A stretch of DNA of 64,000 bases from the NCBI GenBank assembly GCA_036172245.1, contig JAYWIR010000028.1:930001-994000 (forward strand), read 5' to 3'. The notes below the pieces were generated by a model. That model made no database searches. It saw only the letters and a program-made list of their open reading frames with translations, and was not told the DNA's origin. The stretch comes from Raillietiella orientalis. Its lineage: Eukaryota. Made by a program: the position numbers and the translations under genes. This document shows, one piece after another, positions 23,071 through 36,900 of the stretch (position 1 is its first letter; each line of letters begins with the position of its first letter).

Positions 23071-26000
23071 CTGGCCGCACATGAGACATCCTGCAAGAGA
23101 ACATCGTGGGAAACAAGGAGTCTGAAAAGTTTAACCTCGTAGAACCTCATAATCGTGGTCCTAACAAGAGCACACGCAGAAGGAAAAGATCTTTATCTAG
23201 ATCTGCATCTGTGTATCTCCTTATGTATCAAAGAACACAGATAAGTACCAATGGATGCTGGGTACTTTCTGGTGCAGCTATCCAGCTTCTGAGCTTTTCT
23301 GTTCGATTGAGCGAATCGTTCAACTCCAAGAGGTCCGGACGTGTTCCGCGAAGGAATCTCGAGTGGATAAACAAGATTGTCTCGCATCCACAGCAGCTCT
23401 GCAGAGGCTCAGTGGCTCCGTGGAAGGAAAAGATGCACTTCAATTTAGTCGGGTTCTGCTTGCATCGAAAAGCAGCAACTTCAATGACAGTACATTTTTC
23501 GTACTCATTTTTGTAGTCCGATTGGAATCTTTCGTTCCCCCCCATCCTACATACCATCCTGCTATTAGGAGCGAATCACAACACTCTTGGAAACCTTAAA
23601 TATGACATCCAGCATTCTGAAATTCTTCTTAATTCTATGCAGCAATAGGCAGTTTAACTTCAGAGCCACTGCCTCTTGGTCCACTTTCTTTTTGAAGCTT
23701 GCCACAGCCTCCTTTGCTTCATCCTGAAACAAGACTGGCTTCATCTTTAGTGGGAAGTCGCCACACTCATGCTATAGAGGCCGATCGATACCGATCTCTT
23801 GCATCAAACACTTGCTTTGACCTTCCTATCCTGAATCCCAATGAAAACACCAATGACTGTGGTCTCTCTATCCTGCTTCTCAGTCTTGTAGCTTAAAAAA
23901 AACAAAAACCGTAATTATCGCTCCTCTTCTCTCCCAACTCCATAATCTTTTTCTCTCTTCCTTCTATAGGAGTGAACATTGAAGGAACGTCACTTGTCTC
24001 TCTGTGGACGTCAAAGGCTCCCATCGTAAATTTAGAAGTACTTCCCAGGCAGGACCTATCTCTTTAAGAACCTCTAAGATGCTCCTCAAGCCAAAGCACC
24101 ACTCCAGAGCAAAGGGTCATGGGCCGTGAAAATGCCTGAGCTGCAGTATGAAGCCACAGCTTCCGGTTTCAAGGGCGGCTCCTTCACTTACTCAAGGAGC
24201 ACACTTCCTCGGCACCTGAGGAGGAGAGCTTTTGGCGTGGTACGCCTGAGAAACCGCGATTTTGGATTTCCGGAAGCGGAGATTTTGGGAAAAACCTATC
24301 CTCGTCCCTCAAGGTCATATTTCGAAGAGCACCTACGTATTGTGTCTCAAAAATGAAAAAAAAAAAAAGGGGGATCTACCAAAAAACGTGTCAGGATGAA
24401 ATCGCTCGGGGAGTTCACGAAGCGCAGCATCAGTGAATCGAAGCACTCTTCCTCTCTACAGACAGCAAACAGAAACAGCAATCTTTTCTGGCCTGAAGGA
24501 ATCCTTTCAAGTGAACGACCTTTTGGCGACGCTCCTGCCGAGGTGCTTCCGCGGACTCTTGCGTCAGCTGACTCTTTGCTTTAGCTATTTTGATTCGATC
24601 AAATAAAACCCCTTCGTAAGCATCACACGGTGACTGCGGTGCGGTTGTCAGTGGCAGCATCCCGCACCCCTAGGTGAACGTACCCACTGACAGACCTCTG
24701 TCGAGACTCCGCTTGGTTGGCACCCGTGGCTTGTCGAAAATACTGGGATCAGTGTAGACTGAAGAGATTTTCGAATCTCTATGTGTGAATCCGGAATCTA
24801 TTCCGCAAAGTGCGTCTGTGTCCTCAGGGAAAAAGGAGTCAGCAGTGCCTACCTGCCGTCGGTTCTACGGCTTCACTCTCTTTTGATCCAAAAGCGCGCA
24901 GCCTTCCTAAAAGCTCCATTCTCGGAGCTGCTGCTTCCGTTTTCACTTCCTCCCCCCCCCCTTCCTCCTCTGATGCTTAGAAAAGTGTCCTGTCGAATCG
25001 CGTTTCTGATCTCCCACCTCAGCTTCCGATCGTTGCTTCCTCGAAACGCTTTCGTCTCATGCGCGATCGGTCCTACCAATTGATTCATCCCTTTCTTGTT
25101 GGGACACCTCCAGCAACTTTCCAGGTTTGTTTTTTTTTCCTGTGTTTCCTCTCTCTCTTCCCCATGGGATGCTTCCTTGAGCCTCTTCCCGATTCGCAGG
25201 CCACTGAGATTCTAAACAGAGAGAGGGGGAGAAAGAAAGGATCCTGCAGACGCGCCTTTTCGTGCTGGATTGCTCTTGGAGCAGTTTCTCCTCTTCCCGA
25301 AAGGCGAGTTCTCAATTCATGCCTCAAGGGAAGGAGATGCTGGACACGCATCCACCATCTTGCGTTTCGACCAACCGCTGAGTAGTGTGTAGGAAGCGCT
25401 CGCGTTGCCTGGGACTGCGGGGCTTCGTTTCTTGACGATCCGGATGGACTTTGACGCGTACGTGGAGGTGCGAGACGCATCCTGCTCTCTCGTACAGATC
25501 AAGGGAGTCATTCAAGGCCCCATGGGGCCTGTCCCGAATGGCCGGGAAGAGCAGGATTTTGCCGCACCGGTGGGAGGTGACCTGCTGGGTCTCAGAGGTC
25601 AGCAAGCTCGTTGTCCAATGGAAAGCGACTTGACTGCCTCATGAAGCTACGCCCAAAGGCCATGCTCAGAGCAAGCAAAGGCAGGCCGACTTTCTTGGAA
25701 TTCTTCGAGAAGCATTCAAAATACAAGACTTCCTGACCGACGCCTCCTTCCTTCCCCCTCAGCTACCAGCTATCTTGCCTGCACTGAGCTTCCCTCGAGA
25801 CGAACAGCTTCCACCACGCCTCCACGAAGAGGATCTATAAGGAATGCACCAACGTACTAACTGCGAAATCATAGGATCACTTCTTTACGGGCTTCCGGAA
25901 TGCGCTAATCGGCAGCAGGATAAACTCTTATCGCAAGGGCATTGCAATCCCTCGATGATGCCCCCAGGACCCGCTGAGAAGAATGTTCCGCCCTTCAGGC

Positions 26001-26449
26001 TTATCAGCTGCTACCTCACTGGCGACATTCTGCCACGTGCAACCAATGGTAACCTCCAAATCAGAAGAGTGTGACCTCCATCCAAGGGAGCCATTCACAG
26101 CCTGCACCGTCCTCATGGGAAGTGAGACTCAAGTAGCCGAATTGACCACCAATGACCAGGCTGTTTCAAGAAAGCCAAACCGTGGTGACAATGGATCATC
26201 AATCTCCCAATTCGTTTCATGTGCTCCCGAACTTATGATAAAACAGAGCCTCAGGACGTAGTTCATCCCTGCGTTTAACAAACGATGTGCCGGGAGGCTC
26301 AAACGATGATTAGGGAATTCTCCGCCGCCTTCCCTGTCTGGTCGTTCTCACCATTTCATCCTCCGCTCGGGGCTGTGCAGGCTCACGAGGGTCTCTTCAC
26401 CTGGACCGGTGGTATAACCTGTGCTTCCACTACATACACGCTGGACCAG

Positions 26450-27050
26450 AGCATGGTGATGTGCATCTTTCCTCCCTCACGAGCCTCGCTTAGCGGTGTG
26501 AGGCCTCTCCTCTTGGCACGGGGTCGTTTGCCGGACCCCACGGCACTCGCTCCGACAGGCGCTGCCCGCTGCCGCTGCCGGCGGCAGCCTGCAGGGCCGA
26601 CCCCCTTCTGCGCTCGCTCTCCTCCCTTCCTCGCGTCTCCTCTGGTGCTTTGGCAGAATTTTCGCACGACGTCCACTGCCGTGGCGTTCGGCGCCGCCTG
26701 CTAGAGGCGGACAGTATCCCGTCCCAGTTGGGACGTACGTTCCGGGAATGCGTTGATCGGCTCCCACCTTTTTCCTGCGTAGTCCCTGCGTCTCGGGGCT
26801 CTGCCTACCTCCGTGCCTCTCTCGGTGGCCGCGTCTTCGCTCCCGACGCAGTGGTGGGGAACGTGGTTGAGGAACGAACTCCTCGCGCACCTGATGCACT
26901 CGCAAGGTCGGTGCCGCCCTCCTTGGAGTTGGTGGGCGTTGCCCGTGCCCGTGGTGAATCGGGCCGCGCCGCCCGAACAACTCCGCAATCTCAAAGTCTT
27001 GAATCTTCACCGCTGAGCGGAGCGCGCGTCGACGCACCGTCCCGTCTCGC
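26450..27050 (-). mobile_element. Decayed CCHC zinc knuckle plus REL endonuclease of a second REL-type retrotransposon
   Basis: ORFs 26701..26994 and 26383..26676 share a frame: KTLRLR...CIRCARSSFLNHVPHHC...TERG...QLGRDTV...AVDVVRKF...ERAQK...PVGASAVG. Order and spacing resemble CCHC-RH-RPD-DV-K-VG. Confidence 0.5.
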
Positions 27051-28499
27051 GCAGGGCATGGCCTTCCTTCTTCCCCTCTTTTCGACGAGGGAAGGGCCGT
27101 GATTCCTTGCGTTGCGTTTCGCGCGCGCTCTGGACGTGATTCCCTCCCCCGCGTGCCTGTTGACGTTCCTGGTCGTAGCTTCGGCTTGCTCCTTCCTCGG
27201 GGGTGCATCCCTCTTCCCTCACTCGGGCAGGCGCTGGTCTTCGAAAGGCTCCTGGATTCCCGGAAGATCCTGGAAGCCTTCCGGAGTCTATATCGAATGT
27301 CCTCTCGGTGGATGTGGGCACGAATGCTGCCGAGGACGGTGCGGGCAGTGTTTTTCTCGAGAACTCCTGTGCTCCTGGATCTGGAGGGGTTGACGGTTCG
27401 AAGCCATCTCCACTGCGAAATCGTAGGGCTTGTGTGGCGAATTCGGAGGACCGAACATCTCTTTGAGTGGTCCGCATATAGTAACTGTGGACAAACCGGT
27501 GATAGCTCGTGTATTTTTTCTCTTCCCATCTCTATCCGACATTGAACCACGGGAATAATGCTCATCAACGTAAGGTCGGTATATCTCATCCCTATTTATT
27601 TATTCATCTATTGGACCTCACTCTTCTCACCCTCCGCTCCCTCCCTTATGCTTTTTGCAATGAGGTTCGGGCCTTTTCGTTTCAGGCTGGCACATGTGGG
27701 ACCTTTGATTGACACGAAAATAGAACCTTAGACGGTGGGGAGAAGGATGTGAAAATGATGGAAACATCTCTCGCCTCCCGCTCCGTGCGTCCTCCCATGT
27801 ATTCCCTAACTTTCTCGAAATTGTTTGTTTTTTTTTAAATCAGTGGCCCGAGAAGGTCAAGGGAGCTCGGTTTTCGCGTGTGACCACCTTCCTGCTAGGA
27901 GCAGGGTGCACGTATTCGAATCCGTTATTGCGAAGTCTGTTCGTTGCGGCGAAACTTCCGATCGAGAAGCGGTTGACTCCTTCATCCGTTGGGCCCACCA
28001 TGTGCCACACACACTTCGGTTCGTCTGCTCATTTCTCGTTCTCCCTCTGTCCATCTGCACTCCCGGAAGATCCGTGCGAGATCTCTCTGGCCTTGCTGGA
28101 ATTGGACTCCAGTCTTTCTCCACAGAAGCGCTCTCTCCGCTCTCCTGAATCGCCTTCCTCTGCCTGCGTGGCTGTATCCCTTGGTCGCCCTGCCCTGCGT
28201 TCGTGTCGGACCAGCATGTGCCGCTCCTTCCCTAACTAAACGGATTTTTTTTTATTCATGTTAACTAGATGGTCCAGCAATTCCAGAGATTCTTGTCTGT
28301 TTCTCGCGGAAGAAAGACAGGTAAATGCAGTTTTTCCGAATTACCCTTCTTCATCTCTTCTTTCTTCCAATCAATGAAAAATCTTTCGGCTTTCGTGTGC
28401 GTCTCAGTTTCCCGGAATTGCTTGGACGATCACTCCTCGAGGGTGGATGTAGGTGGATGTCTTCTCAGCTTGAAGGAGAGCTACTAAAGTCATTCTATG

Positions 28500-29195
28500 T
28501 TACCAGCAATCCGCCATCATGCTGGGGTGCTGGGACCTGCCTGGAAACGAGGAACTGGTGGTCACCACGCCTCAGCAGGGAGGGTCGCCAAGGTATGTGT
28601 TCGCTGTGGGAAAGTGGGAACCCTTCGGACTACTTCTTGAAAGTGGAAGCCTACAGTAGGGATGGGAGTGCATCGCAGGAGCACTTCAGTTCCCCAATAC
28701 CGTCCCTAGAGCTTGTTAAGACGAATGTCCCCTCATCCGGACTTGTCGGCTGCTTCCTAGTTGGCGATCCTCGGCCACGTGTGAGCTGCGGTGCTCGCCG
28801 AAATGGAGGAAGACTATGGCTGTCATCCCGGGGAGTCGTTTGCAGCCTGCATCGTCTACATTCGAAGGTCAATGAAATGTTCCGATCTGGGATGCGAAGT
28901 GCAAGAGAATCTTCAGACTAAAGAGGACAGACCACCTTGAAATCGATGGATGCACCTCTCCCTTCCCCTCTTCCATCCATTCCGATCGCAGGCCCTCGGG
29001 AATCATGTTCATTACCTTGAGGCCGGTTCGTCTTATTCCCTATTCATGTATGTCTTTATTGGCCCTCCCTTCTTTCCCTTCACTCTCCCCAGTTCCGTGA
29101 GGTTAATAATCCTTTTCGTTCCGGGCCGGCAAACGTCAGTCCTCTTCCAAATTTTATTTATTCATTTTAATAGATGGTCGGCAATCCGGGATTGG
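28500..29195 (+). mobile_element. Possible old LINE 3' end related to the Tx1-like family
   Basis: Pyrimidine-rich UTR-like tract ending ttttaatagatggtcggcaatccggga, resembling aataaacgccccggcgaaatccgggt. Coding similarity is weak. Confidence 0.25.
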
Positions 29196-30199
29196 AAGGT
29201 CGAATGAGCGACCCTTGCTCGCGGCAGATTTCCCACCGCATGGTTCTCCTGCGATTCCAAGGACGTGGACGTGCCCATTCGTGGCGATTTTGGGGGACTG
29301 AATGCAGAAAACCCTATCGGCACATGTCCAGCAGCTGCAGAGGCTGTGGGGAAACACCTGGAAAACGGAGAGAGGCACGTGCACGCTCATGAAGCGTGCG
29401 GGTCATGCGTGCCATCTGGATGCGCACAGGTTGCTGGCAGGCCGAGCCCGATGGCAAAACAGAATCTTTTGTATCGTGATGCCCAACTTGGGATGCAGGC
29501 TTGGGCTCCTCGCTCTTTAATAAGCTTATTTTCCATCTTCTGCTGTTTCTAAGCCGCTGCCGAGGTCTCCCGCACGCCTATCGGGCATCCGAGACGATCC
29601 TTAAAACATGCTCCCCATTCTCAAACAAAATCCTCGCTTTGTGTTTGGGAAGAAAGCGCTCGAAGCCAGAAGATCTACTGCTTAGTGCTGAGCTCACTGT
29701 GACTCAGGAATCTGCTGAGGAATGGAACGTCTTCGCGAGTTTCTTGCGTATTTCGGTATGAGAGCAGTTTTTGACACGCCTCGCTCGCCATCCCTCATTT
29801 CTCCTTGATGTCACTTCGTGCTTGGCCCATCTCTACCGTGAAAAGTACGCCTGCACCTTTTCCTGCACAGTTCAAGGACCTAAGGGTTCACTTCCCTCCG
29901 ATCCGAGGGAATCAGGTCCTTCGGGAATACCTTCGACCTCAGCGAACTGTTAATTTTAATGTCAGTTTCTTCGGAAAAGAAATCGATTACCATTACGATC
30001 TTGCACGTGGACGGAGAGTCCTCAGCGTTAGACACGTAAGCTGACCTCCACACAATCTTGCAACACCTACCAGAAATAGAGGATCATCTTCGTTTTGTCA
30101 AGTAATCGGCAGAACCACTTTGTATGCAATAAAACATTTATGCCTCTTTAATTCCATGTGACCTTTCGTGAATCCAATTTCTTGGAGATCCACGGTACG

Positions 30200-30900
30200 G
30201 TTTCGTTTCCTTGGAAGTTCTTCCGCATTGAGGTGATCCTAAGGTGAAACAACGTTTGGGTTTCCAAAGAGAGCCAACGGAGGGTTTCCCACACAGGCCT
30301 TGCGTGGAAGGCAGTCCATTCCTCCGTTGTCCCGCCTGCAGTGGCAGCACTCACCGATGGTGCTGCTGCACTGGCACCTCCCGTGCAACGCCCACCAGCA
30401 CCACTAAAGGAAGCGTGACTACGAACTTTTCAAGTGGGGACAAGTGGAATCCTTCTCTCACATGCTAGTGGATTGCGTTGCGCTCCAATGCGTGTGAAGG
30501 ACTTCTCCCGACTGCTCTGCTATTCCCGCTGGGCACTCCCGGGGACATGCTGAAGCTCTTCTTCGTGTGCAGGGCAATGCCTCCTGGCAATCACAGCTCG
30601 CTACTGTCTCTGAGGCATGGTGGTGGCCCGGAGCGCCGCTCAAAGAGAGCAGCACGACAGGAACGCCATCTGCTCTTGAGGAAAAGACGACGAGATGGTC
30701 CCATCTGGTGGCATCAGAGGAGGAACTTTGCCAGAATCTGGCACAGGATGCACACAAATCCGGGAGATCGGTGGTTTTCCTTCTCTCACAGAATTTACAT
30801 GTATATATTTTTATTTTTATATCCATTTTTATCCCTTCCCTCCTTTCCCCGAGGCGCATCTCTCTAGCCAGCTATCTGGCTCCTCGTTTGCTACTCCAGG
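30200..30900 (+). mobile_element. Decayed L1/Tx1-like copy (zf-RVT region to 3' UTR); boundaries approximate
   Basis: LLHWHLPCNAHQHH* (~30363) and VESFSHMLVDCVAL (~30444) match LPCNARQHHW...ESLPHLLVDCVAL of the 45985-46640 copy; followed by a T-rich UTR. Confidence 0.8.
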
Positions 30901-33900
30901 GTTGTTCCGACTTGTACAGGGGTTCATGGGCCATTCGGCATTTCTTTTGCTTTCCTTGCTTCATATCTTCAATATCCAAGTCCACCACGAACTCTCCGAC
31001 GTAACCGGATGCAAAACCATTCCGTCCAGAGAGCAAGCCTGCCTGCTCTTTTCTCAGAATGCTCCTGGTATTTCATGGGTGCTTCGATTAGAAAATGATT
31101 TTGTAATCGATGTTCCTTGGAAATATTTAGAATGCGAATGACCAGAAGTTCCGTCTGATCCTCAGGCCGGCACAGAACGGAACATCAGCATTAGTTTCTG
31201 GCCTCTCTTCTTCTGCACTGGATCCGTCGCAGCTTTGGAGATGACAGGAGAACATACTCAAGAGAAGAGACCACGAGTAGAGTGGATCATCTACCCTCGT
31301 CACGTTCTTCTCCCTTTGAGGAATAAAATGTCACCTAAAGAAAGGTCCAGAACTCTGACCGGTTTCGGCGCCTGAAAATACAAACATGAATTTTTAGTCT
31401 ATCGGCGCTCATGCGCAGATTAGCAAAAGGAGTTTCCTGACCTTGATAAAGGTCGACTGCATCGAGAAGGAGACGTGTGGGCGATGGGACATCCTGGCCG
31501 GCGACCACCCGAAGGAAACCTGGTACAGAATCTTCGTTACGACTTCACCCTCTCTTGGGAAAAGGGAGTACCGCCATACTCCTCGAACAATCCAGAAAAT
31601 CCTTGAATTCCTTTATGTAATTCCGAATCTTCTAAACAGGTATTCTCAATTTGTTCCTGATTCCAGGGTTCCAGAAAAACTTTGAGATCTTGCATCGGTT
31701 CTTTTTCCCTCCTCTCTCGAAAAAAAAAAAAGAGAGAGAGAGAGAGAAGAAAAAGAAAGAAAGAAAACTGTTCTTGAATCCTCGCCACAGAAGGAGATTA
31801 TTTATTCGTTGTTTTTGATGAAGCAAAGATTAGCTCGCTCAAAGACCGAACAGCCCCAAGGCAGAAAGCAAGATTTATTGGGAAAGGTCAGCATCGCATT
31901 GTGTGCAGAGGATTTTAGAGTTCGGACCGCCGCTGGTGTACGTTTCCTCCGACTATCCGGGATTTTGTCGGCTTTTCCGACATCTGCTTGACCTGCCTGA
32001 TTCATTTGCCTGTTGACAAGATACGGACGTTCCAGCGGGAAGTCTTCCTGTATCGCCGAAACACGGAAGCATTCGTTGCCTCCGTGGTCAGGAGTCGCGT
32101 GCTGTGCTGCTCGCCGGCCTTCGATGGGCATTCCGAGTTTATCCCGCGATCGACTGACGAATCCCGCAGCTTCCTCCGCCACTATGAAGAGAAGCAAACA
32201 CACAAACAAGAACCAAAAAACGTACGCACGAGATCCAGATATTAGCGTCTTTGATGGATGCCAGGAATTTTTCTTTGCGATATGAAAATCATCCCTAGCA
32301 GATAAAACTCGGGAGACAGTAGGGAAGGATCCTATGATTGATCGCTCGAGAATTGGGTGTATATCTCGTTCCTCATGGCAACTCCTAAGATCGGACGACA
32401 AGAAGAGAAACAGCGTGGCGCTGGAAGCATCTCGGAATTTTTTTCTCAGCGGAAAGACAAACAAGCGGAGAGAACGGGCCGTTCCGTTGCTCCCCGAACT
32501 GTTTCGGAAGCTCGGCCCATGGCAACGGAATTCTAGGGAGAGACGATAAGGGATTCTGAGCTCCGGAGAAAACTCCGGAATGCTCTTCGAGAGAACGCTT
32601 TAAGAGGAGGATTACACTGGCAGGGAAAGGACGCCACAGGTCTTGTGTAATGACGGTAATCGAAGCGCCGCTTCCAGAATGGGCGCGAAAATTGAAATCC
32701 GATAGGTCTCTAACCCTTGAAGCGCTGCCGGGAAACAAAGGAACCCGACATTCTGTCCGGGCGATCGATTAGCACGAAGGAAACGCTTGTCGATCGCAGC
32801 AAGACGGAGAACAAAAAGATCCAGCACCGAGGGAAGAACACTGGTGCGGCGGCCATTCTCTGCAGATTACGCAAATTACGACATCCTGCACACCATCTTC
32901 GGATTCCCTTACCTCTCGGGTCCGTAGCGGAGTGCAAATTAAGCCAGAATCGTGCGCCTTAAAGCTCTTCTTTATTTCCTCTCGTGGCCGATGAATGGAC
33001 AACGAGAGTGGGGAGCACGAGTGCGATCTTTGGAAGCGCAAGACCTTCTGTACAACACGGGGAAAAAAAAAAAAAAATCTGCCTTTCAAGGTTAGTTTCG
33101 TCAAGTTACACGAGGATGCTGGGAAAGCAAATTCCTTTCGCTTCCAATTCGCAAGTGCCTCTTTGCTAAGGCAATAATTAAGTGAGCTTGAAACCACGGC
33201 CATTGGCCACGAATCACAAATAAAGGGACTTTTTTTTTAATGCATATCTTTGGCAAGCCGGATGCTGATGCTGGAAAGCTTACTTTTCACTTTGCGGATC
33301 GGGAAGCATCTCTCTCGCTATGTAATCAACTGAAAATGCGATTCCGAGAAACGCAGCGGGGCGATCGCGCCTGGAAACTGACCGGGAACGAATCCTCTCG
33401 AGCACAGGGAATTCTGTGCCTTTTTCTCGGATAAACTGACCTAGCAGAAAATCCAGCTCTGGGAGCCGAAAAAAAAAAAAAAGAAAACTTCCTGGTAAAT
33501 GAAGCTCTGAAATCACGAGCGAATTTACTGTTGCGGTTCCCATCTGTATGATAGAAGAGGCTCTAATAGAGTGTCGCCTTCAAATGAGGAACACAAAACT
33601 TCTTCTTCGCCAAGAGAGGTGTGCTTCAAAAATAAAATCAAGGTTTTTCTTCAAGGATCAGTCAGTCACTGACTATCTAACAAAACTCTTTAATGACGTT
33701 CTGTGCAGTGGAAGTGGGTTTTTTTTTTTTTTTTTTTTTTCTTCCGCAAATGACCTTTTTTATACTAGAAAAAAATAGAGGAAGAAGGAGAAACCCTTGG
33801 AAACCGTTGGAACATTGTTCTGCTCGGTTCTAGTACCCCTTGGATCCAGGCAACTCGATGCAGCCTGATGATTTCCTGATACTCTCACTTTCATCCCCTC

Positions 33901-36900
33901 TTGGTTTCTCTTACTCTCTTCCTGAAGAGATCAGGCTCTAAAATCCCTATCTTGAACACCGCGAAGGCGCAAGCGGATGTTTCTCGTCCCAGCGGAGCGC
34001 CTGTACTCTGTCATCGCAGCTCATGGGGTGTCGCTTTCCTTTCTGTCGCCGTAGAAACTGGGGTTGGGGTACCTTGCGGCTTTTGCTCGGAGGGCGAGAA
34101 TCCCGGCGTCACGGGACTGACACGATGTAAAAATAGTGCCCTATCGGACATTTTGATTAGGACGAGTGTCAGGGCTGCCGCTACGCAGTGCTAGGAGTTC
34201 GCCTTTCCACTTATCGGAGCTCGTTTTCGTCTGGGATTCCGGACGAACACGCCGTGGGGCGTGAATCCTGAAAGTTCCCTGAACAACTCCACCTCGGGCG
34301 ATTTGTTAGGGTTCGGTCCTCGCCTTCGCCCCAAGAATCTCGACGCTTTTCCTGTCCCTCCCTGCGTCCACTCTCCTCGAGCTACGTGCGCTTTGCCGAG
34401 CACGGGACGGGGCCCTGGATGGCGGCCTGGATGCTGCCACCGGACCTGATCCACAGCTGACATTTCGCGTGGCTCGTCATGATAGACTGGCGTGCGCTGC
34501 AGGCGGAAGAAGCGAGCAGTTTGCGAGCGTGGAAGCGCATCCAATCGGATGAACCCATCCGAACGGAGGACTGCATTCTGTGCTGCCGATTTGCTCATTC
34601 CTCCTTGACGGCTCGCATTCCCCGCTCTTGGATGCCTCCTCTTTGTGCTCGGATGCAGCTTCCTTGTTCGGGATGTCGTGCGAGTTTTCTTCCGCCCGTT
34701 CCTCGTCGCTTCTGCCGATCTGCGCACCGCACAACACGATCCCTCGACTTCGTTTCTCTCCGCCCACAGGTGATGTAGCACGCGAATCCCATCCTTATCG
34801 GTTGCTCCCTCCCGAGAAGGAGAATCTCGGAAAATTCCAGCCCCTCACCATCATCACGGGAGAATCTGCGATCGGCAGCAACGACGAACGAAATTCGGGA
34901 ATCAAGTGGGATGCGATCTGCAAGGCACGTCGGATTTCTTCCGAAGGTGTACTTGTCACGTGCCCTCGACTTTTTGTACGTGGTGTGCACCTCCAAGTGA
35001 ACGTCGACGGGAAAAGCCGTCGAGACCAACCTGGAAATCCGACGGCAAGGGAAGCGCCCGACGCTCCACGATTTCACGCTTCCGGGAATAATATTTGCAA
35101 TATGCAACGGAGCAATGCAAGATTCTAATATCCCTAAACTTGGGAGCAACTTGGATTCATTTGCCCAAAGGAGGAATATTCTTGGAATCTATTCGAGAAC
35201 ACATGCTTAAACGCATCTTCAAATAGCTTAAGAAGAAGCTTTCTGTTGCCACCCGTAGTTTTTTCTTGTCCATCTTGAGGAATTCAAAATGTCAAGCAGC
35301 GACCAGTTCAGCTGCCTGAGTAGCAATTACCTTTGTTCCTATTTAATCAGCTGGAAACAATTTATTTTACCGGATTGCGGTAAATTTTTGTGCAGTATGA
35401 AATCATCTTTCCAAAAGAGCAGCCGTGCTTGTTTTTATAGGAAGCGCAGCAAGGTTTTCCGAAAATGCTCCGCCACTGCACGTATCGTATGCTATATATA
35501 TGTATGTATATCTCTCCTCCATGTTACGGCATGCAGCTTTGCCTGTGCAAGCAATTGTGATAATTCATTATAATAATTCATGCAATTGCAATGAAAGTTG
35601 TCTCCCATGTTTACGAGACCCGCTCTCTTCCCAAAGACAGTCCCGTAGCTCGACCTGCACACGTGCGGAATTTTTCTTCACACGTCGCCACTGAGGCACA
35701 CACCAGGCACATGACGTCAAAAGACACGTGACAAGTACGCTTGCGGAAGAAATCCGACGTGTCTTACAGATTGCCTCCCACTTGATTCCCGAATCGGTCC
35801 GTCACCTTCTTCGAAGAAATGACCGAAGGTCAGCCACCGAGGTTCTACACCAACAGTGTTCTGTAATGTGCCCGCTGTCCCTATGACCAAAATTTGCGGC
35901 CCCAAAGGGTCCCTTCCTTTTTTACCTTCGTGGCAGCGTTCTTTAGAATCCGACCACTGCATGCAATAGTCGATGGTCCCTCGCCACATTTCCCCGGTCC
36001 CTCGGTTCCGATGCGTCCCAAGTTCATTTCTTCATCCCTAGGAAGTGCTGTGCTACCGTGCGCATTTGCGACCTCGGAACTGGCGAGGAAGTCACGGCAG
36101 CATCTCTAGGTCAGAGAAAATGTGCGCCTCATCTTCCGCACACTGCACGGGGAATACCAGGGGCGTCGAAAACACAATGAAGGTGAGGACTTTCTCCGGA
36201 AACTCATCCCAACTTGAACTCATCTGAATCTCATTCGACTCATCCTATGCAGGCTCCGATACTTTGCGCTCGAATCCTTTTTGGAGGCCGCGATAGATCT
36301 CGACGTGGATTGGCTCAGACTCCATTTCTCGCAGACGTACACTCCTATAGGTGACCCGTACACGTTTGTTCTTCGTGTTCCGAGTCTAGCTTTGCTTTGC
36401 GAGACTTTTCCTCTGCTGCAGACGTTCTTTCTTGAGAAATTCTTCGGTGTTTCGTCTTGACCATTGCTGCGAATCTCTGGAAAGCTCCCAGCATGGTACA
36501 TCTGACGTGTTCGAGTGTGCTCTCAGCATCTATTTCGCTCACGAGACGCTCAGCATGCCGGGCACTCTTAAGCTTTGAAACAGAGATCGCTATCTTCTCA
36601 AACATTTCTTGGCGCTAGATGATTTTAAAAGAATACACCCCCCCCTACCACCACCAATCGTCTTGCCTAAGGGCATAGGGCTCATAATTATTCGTCAGAG
36701 TCATCGGTAATGATACTCAGAAACAAACTGTTGACGTAGCCATGGTCCTTGTTGAAGATGAATGTGACACTGTTTCCATCCCGTGATGTGTGAAGTCAGT
36801 CTCAGTAGAGCTCCCTAAGACTGCGAACACAGCCTATTTTAGGGAACCCATCCCAATCTTAGGGAATTGCTGATGAGTCATCAAACCTCGAAAAGAAGTT

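Noticed and set aside
23600..23900. Coding-like stretch on the minus strand (possible pseudogene or transposase)
   Set aside because: Multiple stops and no motif I could assign.
26477..27589. 370-aa minus-strand ORF, the longest in the window
   Set aside because: Arg/Pro/Gly-rich with no domain; a by-product of high GC. The recognisable motifs are in a different frame.
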